A stretch of DNA of 63,578 nucleotides, filler included, from Octopus bimaculoides (GCF_001194135.2; 6 parts of 6 records of this genome joined end to end with filler, not necessarily neighbours in it); one strand, 5' to 3'; positions 48,169-61,414 are shown, counted from the whole stretch's first letter. Made by a program: numbers and translations. Notes: generated by a model not told the origin, from the letters alone.

Positions 48169-50519
48169 TATATGTGTGTGTACTGAGTGCATCGAGAGAA
48201 AAACGAATGAAAGAAAGGAAGAAGAAAACAAAAGAAAGGAAGGAAGGAAGGAAGGAAGAGGGGGAAAGTGAGACTGAGCAAGAGAGAGAAGAATTAGTGA
48301 TGTAACGTTTGCTGTATGGCTTCTCAAGCGAAGTGGTTGAAGAAAACACTTGAAGGGGAAACCGGAGTAGTAGTGTGAGGAAGAAAGNNNNNNNNNNNNN
48401 NNNNNNNNNNNNNNNNNNNNNNNNNNNNNNNNNNNNNNNNNNNNNNNNNNNNNNNNNNNNNNNNNNNNNNNNNNNNNNNNNNNNNNNNNNNNNNNNNNNN
48501 NNNNNNNNNNNNNNNNNNNNNNNNNNNNNNNNNNNNNNNNNNNNNNNNNNNNNNNNNNNNNNNNNNNNNNNNNNNNNNNNNNNNNNNNNNNNNNNNNNNN
48601 NNNNNNNNNNNNNNNNNNNNNNNNNNNNNNNNNNNNNNNNNNNNNNNNNNNNNNNNNTGGTAGGGGGGGCGTTGGTAGGGGGGTGTGAATTAGTTGGTTG
48701 TGGGGGTTAATTGAATCCTCGCAGCTAAATTTATAATTAATCATTATAATTAATGATTGCACAACAACCAATTTTTGAGATGCACTCTTCCCTTGCACTT
48801 TTGGTAGCCGCGCCCCCCACTCCCCACTCCCCGTTCACACGCCATTCTTATTCGTACACCAACACCTCCAGCACCGCCATCATCACCAACAACAACAACA
48901 ACACCACAAACTGCAGAACTAGCACGATCGCCATCATTTCCAAAACCAATAATACAACCACCTCCACATCCACCACCACTATCATCACCAGCACAACTAC
49001 CACCACCACCAACACCACCATCACCGCCGTTGCCATAATTAACAAAAGTACTACCACCACAACACCAACACCATCATCACCACCACCACTACCACCAGCA
49101 TCACAGTTATGAACAGCACAAGCACCAACACCACCACCACAATTATCATCGCTACTACGACTACTACTACTACTACTACTATTACTACTACTACCACCAG
49201 TACTACTGCTGCTACCGCTGCTGCTGTTAGCAGTCTCTATATCTACAAACTACCTCCACAACAACCACTACCACCATAACCTCCACCACCAAAATAACCG
49301 CCTAATTTTTTTAAGGCTGGTACTTATTCAACCGGACGCATTTTGCCGAACCGCTAAGTTACAGGAACGTAATAAGGTACAGTTGTATAGAGATGATGGT
49401 GGTGGTGGAGACTAATAGAAACAGAAAGACTCACATACACACGCATACACAAGTACATACATACATGCATGTCTGTGTGTGTGAGTGGCTTCCACACAGT
49501 TTCCGTCGAACAACCTCACTCACGACGTTGGTCGGCCCGGGTCTATGGTGGAAGGTGCTTGCCCAAGGTGACGCTCAGTGGAACCGAACCTGAAACCACG
49601 TAGTTACATACCTAGATTTATTAACCACAGAGCCATAATTACAGAAACGGTAATAGAAACAGCCACCACCTCCACGAACATCACCTGTTTCCGTCTCTGT
49701 CATCACTCACATTCGTCATCACTTCTACCTGCAAACATAAACGCCACTAACTACCTTGTCTCACTAACGTGCCATCATTCCATTGTCGTGAAATTTCACC
49801 TATGGTCATCTACATGGGAAGCCAGAATATATATATNNNNNNNNNNNNNNNNNNNNNNNNNNNNNNNNNTATATAAACAAATAGTAAATGAGTATATGCA
49901 TATATATGTACAGGCATGTGCATACCGACATCCACCTGTATGTATAGGTGCATATCTGGGTACAGGACATTGCAAACAAAACAGAGACGAGAAAACACAC
50001 AAGCCACATAGAGAACATTCTACTTCATCAGCTACCTCCGTTTTAACACCGGCGTTTCGAAGAGCTATATATATATATATATATATATCATCATAAATAT
50101 ACAGGGATTAGCATTGAGTTGCTTCTCCAACATACTGAAAAAGGTTTTTTCATACTGAACTACTTGGCAAAATTGTTAATTATTAATTCTATTATTAATT
50201 GACGATTCCCTGCCCTTATTCTTGTATATATATATAAGTTGTAATTTTTTGTATAATTATATATTGTTAATATAACAATACATAAAAACGGGCTAGGGTT
50301 GAAGTGCTCAGCATGAGCACTTGAGTAGTGAAGAACGTATTCAAAATTGTTTCATGTTTATAGCGCGTCATGACTGTAGATCTCTGCGTAGGAACTGAAC
50401 TCATAAATTCTGCGCGTAATCTTTACGTTCCGTACTCGACCAAGATTATTATCAGCAAAAACTTGTAGACCTTTCTTTGTAAGTGCCGAGCCTTTAGTAA
50501 TATTCTTTGGATAATTATA

Positions 50520-50990
50520 GCCCCTGTATCAGTACTGCACTCTCTACAGACATGTGTCTGCTGCACAAATTCAAGTGTTTCTTAAACCTTTCAACCCAGA
50601 CTTTACTAGCCAATATAGCTTCGATTTTTTTTTTGTTTCATTTCAAGTTTCACTTTTCCTTTTTATGCAAATCGTCACATGAACTTTTAGTTTTATTTTC
50701 AAGATTTCCATGATGCTCATTCCCACATTGAGATGAATCGGATCCTCGATCCCTACACTGAGGAGCCGTACCATTTTAAGCATCACATAAGATCTATGAA
50801 AAAATAAGATCCGAGCAGTTAACACAGCAGCCTTTTCGAGCATTCGATTTAGTTTTATTTTTCATGCCACGTATTATTTCCTCACATGACGTTGCAAAGT
50901 TTAATGTTTTAGCAATGTAGCTAATGTCATCCTCTGCATCAAATCTTTTTGAAATATCAAGTTTAACACTCAGTATAATTCTGTTCACAC
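50520..50990 (-). mobile_element. pogo/Tigger transposase relic (CENP-B-type DNA-binding region)
   Basis: IILSVKLDISKRFDAEDDISYIAKTLNFATS (psq-like HTH), MVRLLSVGIED...GMS, and ASKVWVERFKKHLNLCSRHMSVESA resemble Tigger ME.LL..WI.D and AS.GWF.RFK.R..L....GE.ASAD. Spread over several frames. Confidence 0.82.
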
Positions 50991-51315
50991 TACTGCCTTC
51001 AGTTACCCTTCATGGCTGCTTCCAGAGATTTTGAAATGTAGGTAAATCCAACGGCTGTGGTAATGAACAATTATCCACAATAAATATGTAGTAAAAGAAA
51101 AAAGCACGGAGGAAAGAAGCGTTTGTGAACACAAAACATTATTTCCATGGCATTAAGAACAGAACTGAGAAGATGAAAGGCTGAAGGAGTGAGATGGAAG
51201 GAAGTACTTATGGTTACAGGTTGTTGAAAGGTTACCAAGTTCATGGTACTTCTCTTCTTGCACTTCTAACTTGAGCCATAAAAATTACACACTCTACTCA
51301 CACACACTCACTCAC

Positions 51316-51352
51316 CGTTAGGCTTACTTCCAACATATGTAGCTACAGACAT
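51316..51352 (-). CDS. LMO: Candidate first coding exon of LMO (MSVATYVGSKPN-G)
   Basis: acaATG (A at -3) with an in-frame TAG upstream. 37 nt ending at a consensus donor CG|GTGAGT in phase 1, matching the phase-1 acceptor at 37776. Joined CDS is 579 nt (192 aa). Same assembly block as the other LMO exons. No homology or transcript support checked. Confidence 0.5.
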
Positions 51353-52019
51353 TGTATCATACTGATACTATCATTGCTATTGCTTGTTGGTTATACAAAA
51401 ACTGGTAAGATGGTGACAGTGGTGCTTGGTGGTTTTATTGTTATTTTTGGTTGTGAGAATGAAGGTGATGGTGATGGCGGTGGTAGGATCATATTCTTCT
51501 TATTTGTATTGCTGTAGCTGTTCAACCTCAAGTCATTACTCATTGACCTAAGACCAAGGATATTTCATTCAACTCACGAAATACGCAAGGATACTACATA
51601 GCTGCTTGTCATTATCTTTATTCTAATGACACCCTATTCTACGGTGTATTGAGTTGTAATACTGTTCTATACTCGTCTCTTATGAAATTGTACTCTATTC
51701 GGCCTTAGTCACAACCCCCACCATATTAGAATGTCCTTTCTTACATGGCAATCAAGAAGATTCGAACGATATTAAAACATGTAGCAGTCCTAAGATTCTA
51801 AACACGTTGCTTGCAGGATAAAACGAGGGGAGGGTGGATTCTTGTTGAAAGGTGGAAGGATGGACAAATGGATGGATGGATGGATGGATGGATGGATGGA
51901 TGGATAGATGGACGGATGGATGGATGCTGAAGTCGGCAGAAAGCAATAAAATATCGTACTTGTGTTTGTCTGAGTGTATTTATGCGTGTATATTTGTGGG
52001 AATGTGTATGTGTGTGAAT

Positions 52020-52095
<76 letters not shown>

Positions 52096-52155
52096 AGGAG
52101 GAGGAGAAGGGTGATAGCGACGGTGGTTATTTCAATCTCAGCTGTCCAATATCCA

Positions 52156-52208
52156 TTATATAAATTGAATTGAATAGCAGCAGCGATGTCATGTGACAGT
52201 CATGTGAC
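52156..52208 (-). promoter_or_regulatory. Possible LMO core promoter: TATA-like element plus tandem GTCATGTGAC E-boxes
   Basis: TTATATAAA at 52156-52164. GTCATGTGAC at 52188-52197 and 52199-52208. About 0.8 kb upstream of the candidate ATG on the - strand. Motif-only evidence. Confidence 0.3.
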
Positions 52209-52785
52209 TATCTATTCGCTGGAACATTCTTTCCATCACTGAAAGTCAGCGAAAAGTCAGAGGAAATACTTGAAGAAAAGAAAGAGATAGAAAGGGGAAG
52301 AGTGAGAGGATAAGAAGATGAGAGAGAGAGAGAGAGAGAGAGAGTGTGTGTGTGTGTGAAAGGATGAGTGAGAAAGAGAGGAAGAAGAAAAGGAACTAGA
52401 TAATCAGCAGAGTAGATAAGGAAAGAGAGGTGCATCTAAGGAAGGGTGGCGGGATTAGATATTGGTGGAGAGATTTGTTTAGAATAAATAGGGGGGGATG
52501 ATGGTGTCGACGGGGGAAGGGGTCGGAATAGATCGATTGTGATTATAATGAGGGAAGACGAGAGGATTAGGTTTAGGTGAGATGGATAGAGCGATGGATA
52601 GAGGGATGGACAGAGTGAGAGAGAAAGAGAGAGATATATATACAGACCGACAGTTAGACAGACAGACAGATAGACACTGTCAAGCAGATAGATGAACAGC
52701 GAGATGGGCAGAGAGACGGGCAGGTAGACAGACAGACATACAGACAGAGAGACAGACAGACAGACAGACTGACAGACAGACAGAC

Positions 52786-52844
<59 letters not shown>

Positions 52845-53569
52845 GTCAGTGAGAGACCGATAGCAATAAGAGTGTGTGTGTGTGTGTGTGTGTGTGTGGA
52901 AAGAGAGAAAGAGAACGTGGGGAGAAGAGCAATTAGGCCTGTCTAATGAATTAACTAATCTAAAAAAGAAAGAACTCAATACCTATGAAGAGCAAAGTCT
53001 TATTATGGAAGGTTGAATCTTCAAAGTCTTGTGGTGACCAATAGCCAGTGGCTTCATGATATCTCTGAAAACTTCAGCCTGGATTTATCGGAGAGTGAAA
53101 CATTCCGACTATAATATCAATTCTAGACATGCACAAATACATGAATCTCAATCTTTTGATTTCTATGTTTTGCTTGCTTCGGTCATTAGACAACGGCCAT
53201 TCTGGTCGGATAAATCGGTCGAAGAAATCGGTCCTCGTACTTGTTTTGCTTATTTTTTAAAGGCTGGTAACACACACACACGCACCCACACACACTTGCA
53301 TTCCAATCGGTCTTTCGCTGACCCTATCTATTTATCTATCTATCTATCTGTCTCTTTCTCTCTCTCTATATATATATATATCTGTCTATCTTACTGAACT
53401 GTTACGTTATAGGGACAGGCTAACACCGGTTGTCAAGCGATTGTAGGGGACAAACACAGACACAAAAATACACAGACACACGGACACACACACACACACA
53501 TACACTGTTATGTAAATGCGACGGGCTTGTGTCAGTTTGCGTCCAGCAGATCCACTCATGATACTCTGG

Positions 53570-53604
<35 letters not shown>

Positions 53605-53704
53605 NNNNNNNNNNNNNNNNNNNNNNNNNNNNNNNNNNNNNNNNNNNNTTAATTAATTAANNNNNNNNNNNNNNNNNNNNNNNNNNNNNNNNNNNNNNNN
53701 NNNN
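53605..53704. other. Artificial scaffold-join spacer
   Basis: 44 N + TTAATTAATTAA (53649-53660) + 44 N. Confidence 0.95.
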
Positions 53705-54276
53705 TATTATTATTATTATTATTATCATTATTATTATTACTTTTATTATTATTACTATCATTATTATTAGTAGTAGTATTAATATTATTATTATTACTAT
53801 TATTATTACTATTATCATTATTATTATTATTATTATTAGTATTATTGCTACTATCATTATTGTCCTTGTTGTTATTGTTGTTGTTGCTGTTGTTAACGTA
53901 GTGCCGTTGTCGACTGCGTTATTGGTATTGTTGTTCGCTTTGTTAATAATATAATTATTTCTTCTGATGAGTTTCTTAATTATCGCAGCATCTCTTGTAA
54001 TTAGGATGTAGTTTTTGTTTTGTAATTTACTTTTATTGAAAGGTTTCTTCAATCAATGGAATCTCGGCGAAGATCTTCCCGTCATTTGAAAGGTGATACG
54101 AAAGACAAGAAGAAGAGGACGAAGAATAGAAACGGAACAGAGAAGGTATCTGTATGTGTACGTGTTTGGGTGTGTGTATATGCATGTACTGCGTGTATGT
54201 ATGTATGTATTTATTTATCCTTATTTATATACACACATGCATATATATATATATGTGTGTGTAAGTATATACATAC

Positions 54277-54307
<31 letters not shown>

Positions 54308-54450
54308 AACACACATATATATATATATATAGACACATATATTATATATCTGTTTATCGCTGTCTATCTATCTATATATATATATATATTTCTGTCTCAC
54401 TCTCTCTCTCTATGTATATATACGTGTATATATACATGTATATATATATG

Positions 54451-54548
<98 letters not shown>

Positions 54549-55151
54549 NNNNNNNNNNNNNNNNNNNNNNNNNNNNNNNNNNNNNNNNNNNNNNNNNNNN
54601 NNNNNNNNNNNNNNNNNNNNNNNNNNNNNNNNNNNNNNNNNNNNNNNNNNNNNNNNNNNNNNNNNNNNNNNNNNNNNNNNNNNNNNNNNNNNNNNNNNNN
54701 NNNNNNNNNNNNNNNNNNNNNNNNNNNNNNNNNNNNNNNNNNNNNNNNNNNNNNNNNNNNNNNNNNNNNNNNNNNNNNNNNNNNNNNNNNNNNNNNNNNN
54801 NNNNNNNNNNNNNNNNNNNNNNNNNNNNNNNNNNNNNNNNNNNNNNNNNNNNNNNNNNNNNNNNNNNNNNNNNNNNNNNNNNNNNNNNNNNNNNNNNNNN
54901 NNNNNNNNNNNNNNNNNNNNNNNNNNNNNNNNNNNNNNNNNNNNNNNNNNNNNNNNNNNNNNNNNNNGAAACAAGAATTAGGACAGGCAAAAAAACACGG
55001 GTCATTCTAGGCTTTCTTTCCTCAGACAAGTTCCAGAAGTCACGACAATTTCGGACAGTTACACTTGAGATGGTTCGATCTGGTTGTCCCCAAAAATATC
55101 TAAGCTAAAAGCATTAGACCTCTTTGTAAGAATGCTAGCGAATCAGTGTGT

Positions 55152-55201
<50 letters not shown>

Positions 55202-55724
55202 GTATACATATATAGTTAAGTAAGATTCTGGTTAAAACTTTGTACAACGATACGCAAAGATCATCCTGACTTATTGGCAACCTAATGTCATGTTACAGTG
55301 GAGATGCCGTTGCTACTGGATGGGCATCAGGAATTCCAGATTGTCCGTAAATTTTATATAACTACAGAAATGAGAGAAAATGGAATGGACGTCATCCTGT
55401 AATTAAAAATCACCACAACTGTTTCGACACATTTTCACACCTTCAGTACATGACTGAGATGACATGCAGTCATTATCTGGGAATGAGACATCACTTTAGG
55501 TGTACAATATCACACTGAGTGAAATATCGAGATTGTCTAAAAGAGATTTTATTATAATCTACCGAGAAAGAGTATTTTATACCTTGATATGAGATAATGA
55601 TTGCACATCTCATCTATGTACTTAATTAGCTAAGAATTGTAGTGGTTGTAGCGAAACACTTGTAGTGATTTTAAATAAAAATATTGCCCCTCATTTGTTT
55701 CTCTCCATATTTATATATGTATAC

Positions 55725-55761
<37 letters not shown>

Positions 55762-56529
55762 TATGTTTATGTATGTACGTATGCGTATATATATGTGTGT
55801 GTGAGTATGTGTGCGTGTNNNNNNNNNNNNNNNNNNNNNNNNNNNNNNNNNNNNNNNNNNNNNNNNNNNNNNNNNNNNNNNNNNNNNNNNNNNNNNNNNN
55901 NNNNNNNNNNNNNNNNNNNNNNNNNNNNNNNNNNNNNNNNNNNNNNNNNNNNNNNNNNNNNNNNNNNNNNNNNNNNNNNNNNNNNNNNNNNNNNNNNNNN
56001 NNNNNNNNNNNNNNNNNNNNNNNNNNNNNNNNNNNNNNNNNNNNNNNNNNNNNNNNNNNNNNNNNNNNNNNNNNNNNNNNNNNNNNNNNNNNNNNNNNNN
56101 NNNNNNNNNNNNNNNNNNNNNNNNNNNNNNNNNNNNNNNNNNNNNNNNNNNNNNNNNNNNNNNNNNNNNNNNNNNNNNNNGTATGTATATATATATATAA
56201 ATATATATATGTATGTGTGTTTGTGTTTGTCCCCCCAACATCGCTTGACAACCGATGCTGGTGTGTTTACGTCCCCGTAACTTAGCAGTTCGGCAAAAGG
56301 GACCGATAGAACAAGTACTAGGCTTACAAAGAATAAGTCCTGGGGTTGATTTGCTCGACCAAAAGCGGTGCTCCAGCATGGCCGCAGTCAAATGACTGAA
56401 ACAAGTAAAAGAATAAAAGAATAAAAGAATATATATATGGGAGAATTTCCCAAAATAAACAACAGACGAAGACAGGAGGTGTAAACAACAAATGGATGTA
56501 TTAGTTTACCGCTCGTGAACAGAGAAAGT

Positions 56530-56565
56530 CTTTGACGTTTCGAGCCTACGCTCTTGAACTGAAAG
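56530..56565 (-). other. Decayed minimal type I hammerhead ribozyme motif (Penelope-like element terminal repeat)
   Basis: The - strand reads CUUU-CAGUUCA-A-GAGC(GUAG)GCUC-GAAAC-GUC-AAAG: stem I, stem II, GAAA and a GUC triplet are in place, but the core differs from CUGANGA at 3 positions. Confidence 0.5.
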
Positions 56566-56989
56566 GAACACAGAAACAGGGACGTTCCGCCTGGGTAGGC
56601 AAGGTAGGCAGTGCCTATCCTGAATAAAATAGATTGATAGCAACATATTCCTTGTTTGGCAAAATATGCCCCTAATTCAATAAGATTATGAAAGTTACTC
56701 TGATTACGATGCATAAAATGCCAAATACTTTATTTCTTTCTAGATTAGGTAGGCATAATTCACTCCTGCCTTTCAATCTCAGTGTTAAAAGTACGCATAA
56801 AACTGTTGTAGTATACGTGCTGCGTACATTCCTACAACAACGTTTTCTTTACGTGTTATGAAAGCAGAAGTAAATCGGCCTTCAACTCAGTCGCGAGCCT
56901 GTGTTTTGCATATTTTTTATGTGTTTTACAACAGAAAGATCACAGAATGCCTACACTGAGTAGTTACTACTGACGGCACGTACCTGATC

Positions 56990-57035
<46 letters not shown>

Positions 57036-57135
57036 NNNNNNNNNNNNNNNNNNNNNNNNNNNNNNNNNNNNNNNNNNNNTTAATTAATTAANNNNNNNNN
57101 NNNNNNNNNNNNNNNNNNNNNNNNNNNNNNNNNNN
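57036..57135. other. Artificial scaffold-join spacer
   Basis: 44 N + TTAATTAATTAA (57080-57091) + 44 N. Confidence 0.95.
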
Positions 57136-57149
57136 TATATATATATACT

Positions 57150-57567
57150 CTTTTACTTTTTCCTCTTTACTCTTTTACTTGTTTCAGTCATTTGACTGTG
57201 GCCATGCTGGAGAAACGCCTTTAGTCGAACTAATCGACCCCAGGACCTATTCTTTGTAAGCCTAGTACTTATTCTATCGGTCTCTTTTGCCGAACCGCTA
57301 GGTTACAGGGACGTAAACACACCAGCATCGGTTGTCAAGCGATGTTGGGGGGACAAATACAGACACACAAACTCACACACACACACATATATACATATAT
57401 ACGACGGGCTTCTGTCAGTTTCTGTCTACCAAATCCACTCACAAGATTTTGGTCGGCCCGAGACTATAGTAGAAAGCACTTGCCCAAGATGTCACGCAGT
57501 GGCATTGAACCCGGAACCATGTGGTTGGTAAGCAAGTTACTTACCACACAGCCACTCCTGCGCCTAC
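57150..57567 (-). mobile_element. Full-length copy of the bipartite tRNA-derived SINE
   Basis: Complete from head (gtaggcgcaggagtggctgtgtggtaag) to the aaaagagt-type tail. Partial copies lie at about 3795-3990, 40880-41037, 41609-41693, 43770-44200, 49330-49620, 53400-53560, 56215-56430 and 60810-60950. Confidence 0.9.
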
Positions 57568-59165
57568 ATATATATAATAGAAATATGTTACAAAAACAAA
57601 ATAGAAACTACAAGTGGATATGTAAGGGAAAAGTAAGGAGAAAAATAAGCGAAAATGAACAGTGGAAATCAAAAAAAGTAAAGGCTTTTTATGAAAAGTA
57701 ACTATAGATATATATAATTAGATTAAGTGGGGTAGGAATAAAAGTAATAAAAGTCATTACTGTGAATTGTTAAAGAGATTCGATAGCATACCAGTCTTGT
57801 AAAGTCACTAGTCATTGCTTCGAATGCACACCGATTGCTGAACGGTGTCAGGTCTACTAGTTCCTGAGTAAAAAGATTGTGTGTAAGGGAGGTAAGTAGT
57901 TCTGGATTTGGTGCAATTAGGGTAGATATAGATCTGTAATGTGAATGGTGTATGGGATGTATGGGGTTAGGTTAGTAGTGTTCTGTATTATGTTATGTAT
58001 TCATATTTAATTGTGGAAGATATATATTGATGAAAGTTGCCTGTTTCTTCATTCTTTATTGTACTGAGGTGTTCTGTGAACATATGCACATGCATATATT
58101 GGTTTCAAGTTTTGGTACAAGGACAGCAAGGTAGGGAAGTGGTTAAGTTGATTATATTGACCCCAGTACTTATGTTATCGATTGCGGAAAGATGACCTCT
58201 GTAGAATATATANNNNNNNNNNNNNNNNNNNNNNNNNNNNNNNNNNNNNNNNNNNNNNNNNNNNNNNNNNNNNNNNNNNNNNNNNNNNNNNNNNNNNNNN
58301 NNNNNNNNNNNNNNNNNNNNNNNNNNNNNNNNNNNNNNNNNNNNNNNNNNNNNNNNNNNNNNNNNNNNNNNNNNNNNNNNNNNNNNNNNNNNNNNNNNNN
58401 NNNNNNNNNNNNNNNNNNNNNNNNNNNNNNNNNNNNNNNNNNNNNNNNNNNNNNNNNNNNNNNNNNNNNNNNNNNNNNNNNNNNNNNNNNNNNNNNNNNN
58501 NNNNNNNNNNNNNNNNNNNNNNNNNNNNNNNNNNNNNNNNNNNNNNNNNNNNNNNNNNNNNNNNNNNNNNNNNNNNNNNNNNNNNNNNNNNNNNNNNNNN
58601 NNNNNNNNNNNNNNNNNNNNNNNNNNNNNNNNNNNNNNNNNNNNNNNNNNNNNNNNNNNNNNNNNNNNNNNNNNNNNNNNNNNNNNNNNNNNNNTATATA
58701 TATATATATATATTCATGCGACTCTGTGTGTGTAATATATATATGTGTGTGTATATGGCAAGATATTGTGAACATGACTTTCAACCGTACTTTTTCCAAG
58801 AAATCATTTCATCGTTTTCATACTCGAGACTGTCAACAATAAAGATATGTTTAAATGGAGTTTGTGTAAAGTAACAGTATATGACTGCGTATAACAACAT
58901 AAATGTCTGTGTGTGTGTGTATGAGCTTATGTTTATGCTTGTGTTGTGCGTGTGTACGACTAATTTTCAAGTGCCTGTCGTAGACGTTGATCGCAGAAGA
59001 GTTGATGCTAATTGGCTGAGTGGAATATCAGAAGCCAATAATGAGGAACCAGCAAGAATACCAGGAATATTGTTGCATGTAACATATTGTTTACGGGAGC
59101 CGTTATGGCATATGACGATATACAGTATAGAATATGGACTAAATTTTGTGTTTAGCGGCTGTTTC

Positions 59166-59197
<32 letters not shown>

Positions 59198-59297
59198 NNN
59201 NNNNNNNNNNNNNNNNNNNNNNNNNNNNNNNNNNNNNNNNNTTAATTAATTAANNNNNNNNNNNNNNNNNNNNNNNNNNNNNNNNNNNNNNNNNNNN
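59198..59297. other. Artificial scaffold-join spacer
   Basis: 44 N + TTAATTAATTAA (59242-59253) + 44 N. Confidence 0.95.
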
Positions 59298-59340
<43 letters not shown>

Positions 59341-59749
59341 ATATGAATGTGTGTGTAAGTGTGATGGGTGTCCACTCATGACCAAGGAAGACCATCACTG
59401 ACCATTACCCATGCAGAATGCCAAAAACACCTATGCATGAGGTCAATACATCTGCAGTCAGCTTCACCTGGGGTCACATCCATGGTTCCCAAGCTTATCA
59501 CAGTACCCCCTACTTGACCAAGCATCAGAAAGTTACTTCACAGGTGATTGTGCAACTTAAAATTTTAGGTCCAATATGTCATGCACAGCACATCACAGAC
59601 CCTCTCCACCCTACTAATATGATCCAGAGGCAAACCAGGGTGACATATCCAGTGCCAATAAGGGTCACAAACTCAGGAGTGAGGGAGCACCATGATCTCA
59701 AGTCCAAACAAATGATCTCCAAAATATCCAATGTGGTTCCTTGTATATC

Positions 59750-60050
59750 ATCATCATCCATTATTTCAAATCCGGGTTTTGTCCCTGTTAACGAGGGTGG
59801 CCAGATCTGTCTCAATGCCATAGCAACTGCCCTCACCATCTCGCCCGGTTTTGGGCATCCTCCCTTCTCAAGCCAACCCTCCCAATCTCCTCCTCCACAG
59901 TCAAACCCATGCCAGCAGAGGACTGGCAAAGCAGTAGGCTGCACCAGGCTCCAATCTGATCTGGCAAGGTTTCAACCCTTCATGATGTTAAGCACTCCGA
60001 GAATGTAGCGGGTGCTTTTTACATGTCACTGACATGGGGGCCAGTCGGGC
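59750..60050 (-). mobile_element. Non-autonomous retroelement with (GAT)n tail (probably RTE-mobilised)
   Basis: (CAT)n at the left end; ggctgcaccaggctccaatctgatctggc and gtagcgggtgcttttacatgtcac, the latter reverse-complementary to 60363-60387. Confidence 0.6.
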
Positions 60051-60124
60051 TGGGGGGAGTGGCATCGACCCACACTTGACTGGTGCTTATTACGTCCTAC
60101 CCTTTATTCTATATTGTCAATATA

Positions 60125-60390
60125 TATATATATATTGTGCGTGAGAAGACCCGGCAAGCCAAGTAAGATCGTTGCCAGTGCCCCTGGACTGGTTCTTGTG
60201 CGGGTGGCACATGAGATGCACCATTTTGAGCGTGGCCATTGCCAGTACCGCCTGACTGGCTCCTGTAGGATTTTCGAGCGAGACCGTTGCCAGTGCCTCT
60301 GGACTGGCTTGTGCGGGTGGCACATAAAAGACACCATTTCGAGCGTGGCCGTTTTCGTGCGGGTGACACGTAAAAGCACCCACTACACTC
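60125..60390 (+). mobile_element. Same retroelement family, opposite orientation, with an internal tandem duplication
   Basis: cgttgccagtgcc.ctggactgg..ttgtgcgggtggcacat...caccattt.gagcgtggcc at about 60169-60238 and about 60284-60350; it runs into an N gap. Confidence 0.65.
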
Positions 60391-60759
60391 NNNNNNNNNN
60401 NNNNNNNNNNNNNNNNNNNNNNNNNNNNNNNNNNNNNNNNNNNNNNNNNNNNNNNNNNNNNNNNNNNNNNNNNNNNNNNNNNNNNNNNNNNNNNNNNNNN
60501 NNNNNNNNNNNNNNNNNNNNNNNNNNNNNNNNNNNNNNNNNNNNNNNNNNNNNNNNNNNNNNNNNNNNNNNNNNNNNNNNNNNNNNNNNNNNNNNNNNNN
60601 NNNNNNNNNNNNNNNNNNNNNNNNNNNNNNNNNNNNNNNNNNNNNNNNNNNNNNNNNNNNNNNNNNNNNNNNNNNNNNNNNNNNNNNNNNNNNNNNNNNN
60701 NNNNNNNNNNNNNNNNNNNNNNNNNNNNNNNNNNNNNNNNNNNNNNNNNNNNNNNNNNN

Positions 60760-60797
<38 letters not shown>

Positions 60798-61414
60798 ACA
60801 CACCCACATGATGAGCTTTCTTCAGTTTCCTGTCTACCAAATCCACTCACAAGGCTTTGGTCAGCCCGAGGCTATAGTAGAAGACACTTGTCCAAGGTGG
60901 CATGCAGTGGGACTGAACCCGGAATCATGTGATTCGGAAGCAAGCTTCTTACAGACCTGTGTCTATCTTCACATTCTGAGTTCAAATTCCACCGAAGTCG
61001 ACTTTATCTTTCATCCCTTCAGGGCCGATACAATAAGAACCAGTTGAGCACTGGGGGCGATGTAATCTACTTATCTCCTTCCCTGAAACTTCAACCAGCC
61101 TCTTTGATATATGCACATACATTTCTCACAAGATTCCACATGTTTGCTCAACCGACCAAAGGTGACAACAGAAAACACTTGTTTAAGTTGCCATACACTG
61201 AAATGGTAACCAAAAAAACTTATCTGCAAAGCAGCTTCTTAACTACATAGCAATGCCTGCACTCTTTACATGCATGTGAGTATGTGCGTGTCTGTTTGTG
61301 TGTGTTTATGATGAAATTTTAAAAGGAATTAGGCTAATATTATCGGTAACAAAAATAGCCTTTTATAACACTAATTGTCACACTTGGACAACATACAAAA
61401 ATATATATATATAT

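Noticed and set aside
50015-50065. GAAAC and CUGAUGA on the - strand (possible hammerhead)
   Set aside because: The order would require type II topology, but stem I cannot be formed and no valid cleavage triplet with flanking helices is present.
54056-54145. MESRRRSSRHLKGDTKDKKKRTKNRNGTEK followed by a possible donor
   Set aside because: Short, purine-rich and without homology or a partner exon; it cannot be supported.
55296-55350. GDAVATGWASGIPD, reminiscent of cyclase IGDAY.VASG.P
   Set aside because: The spacing is wrong, VETI is absent, there is no compatible phase-0 acceptor, and it lies two scaffold joins from the sGC exons.
59418-60008. 196-aa + strand ORF without low complexity
   Set aside because: No recognisable domain, and its second half reads through the reverse strand of a repeat element.
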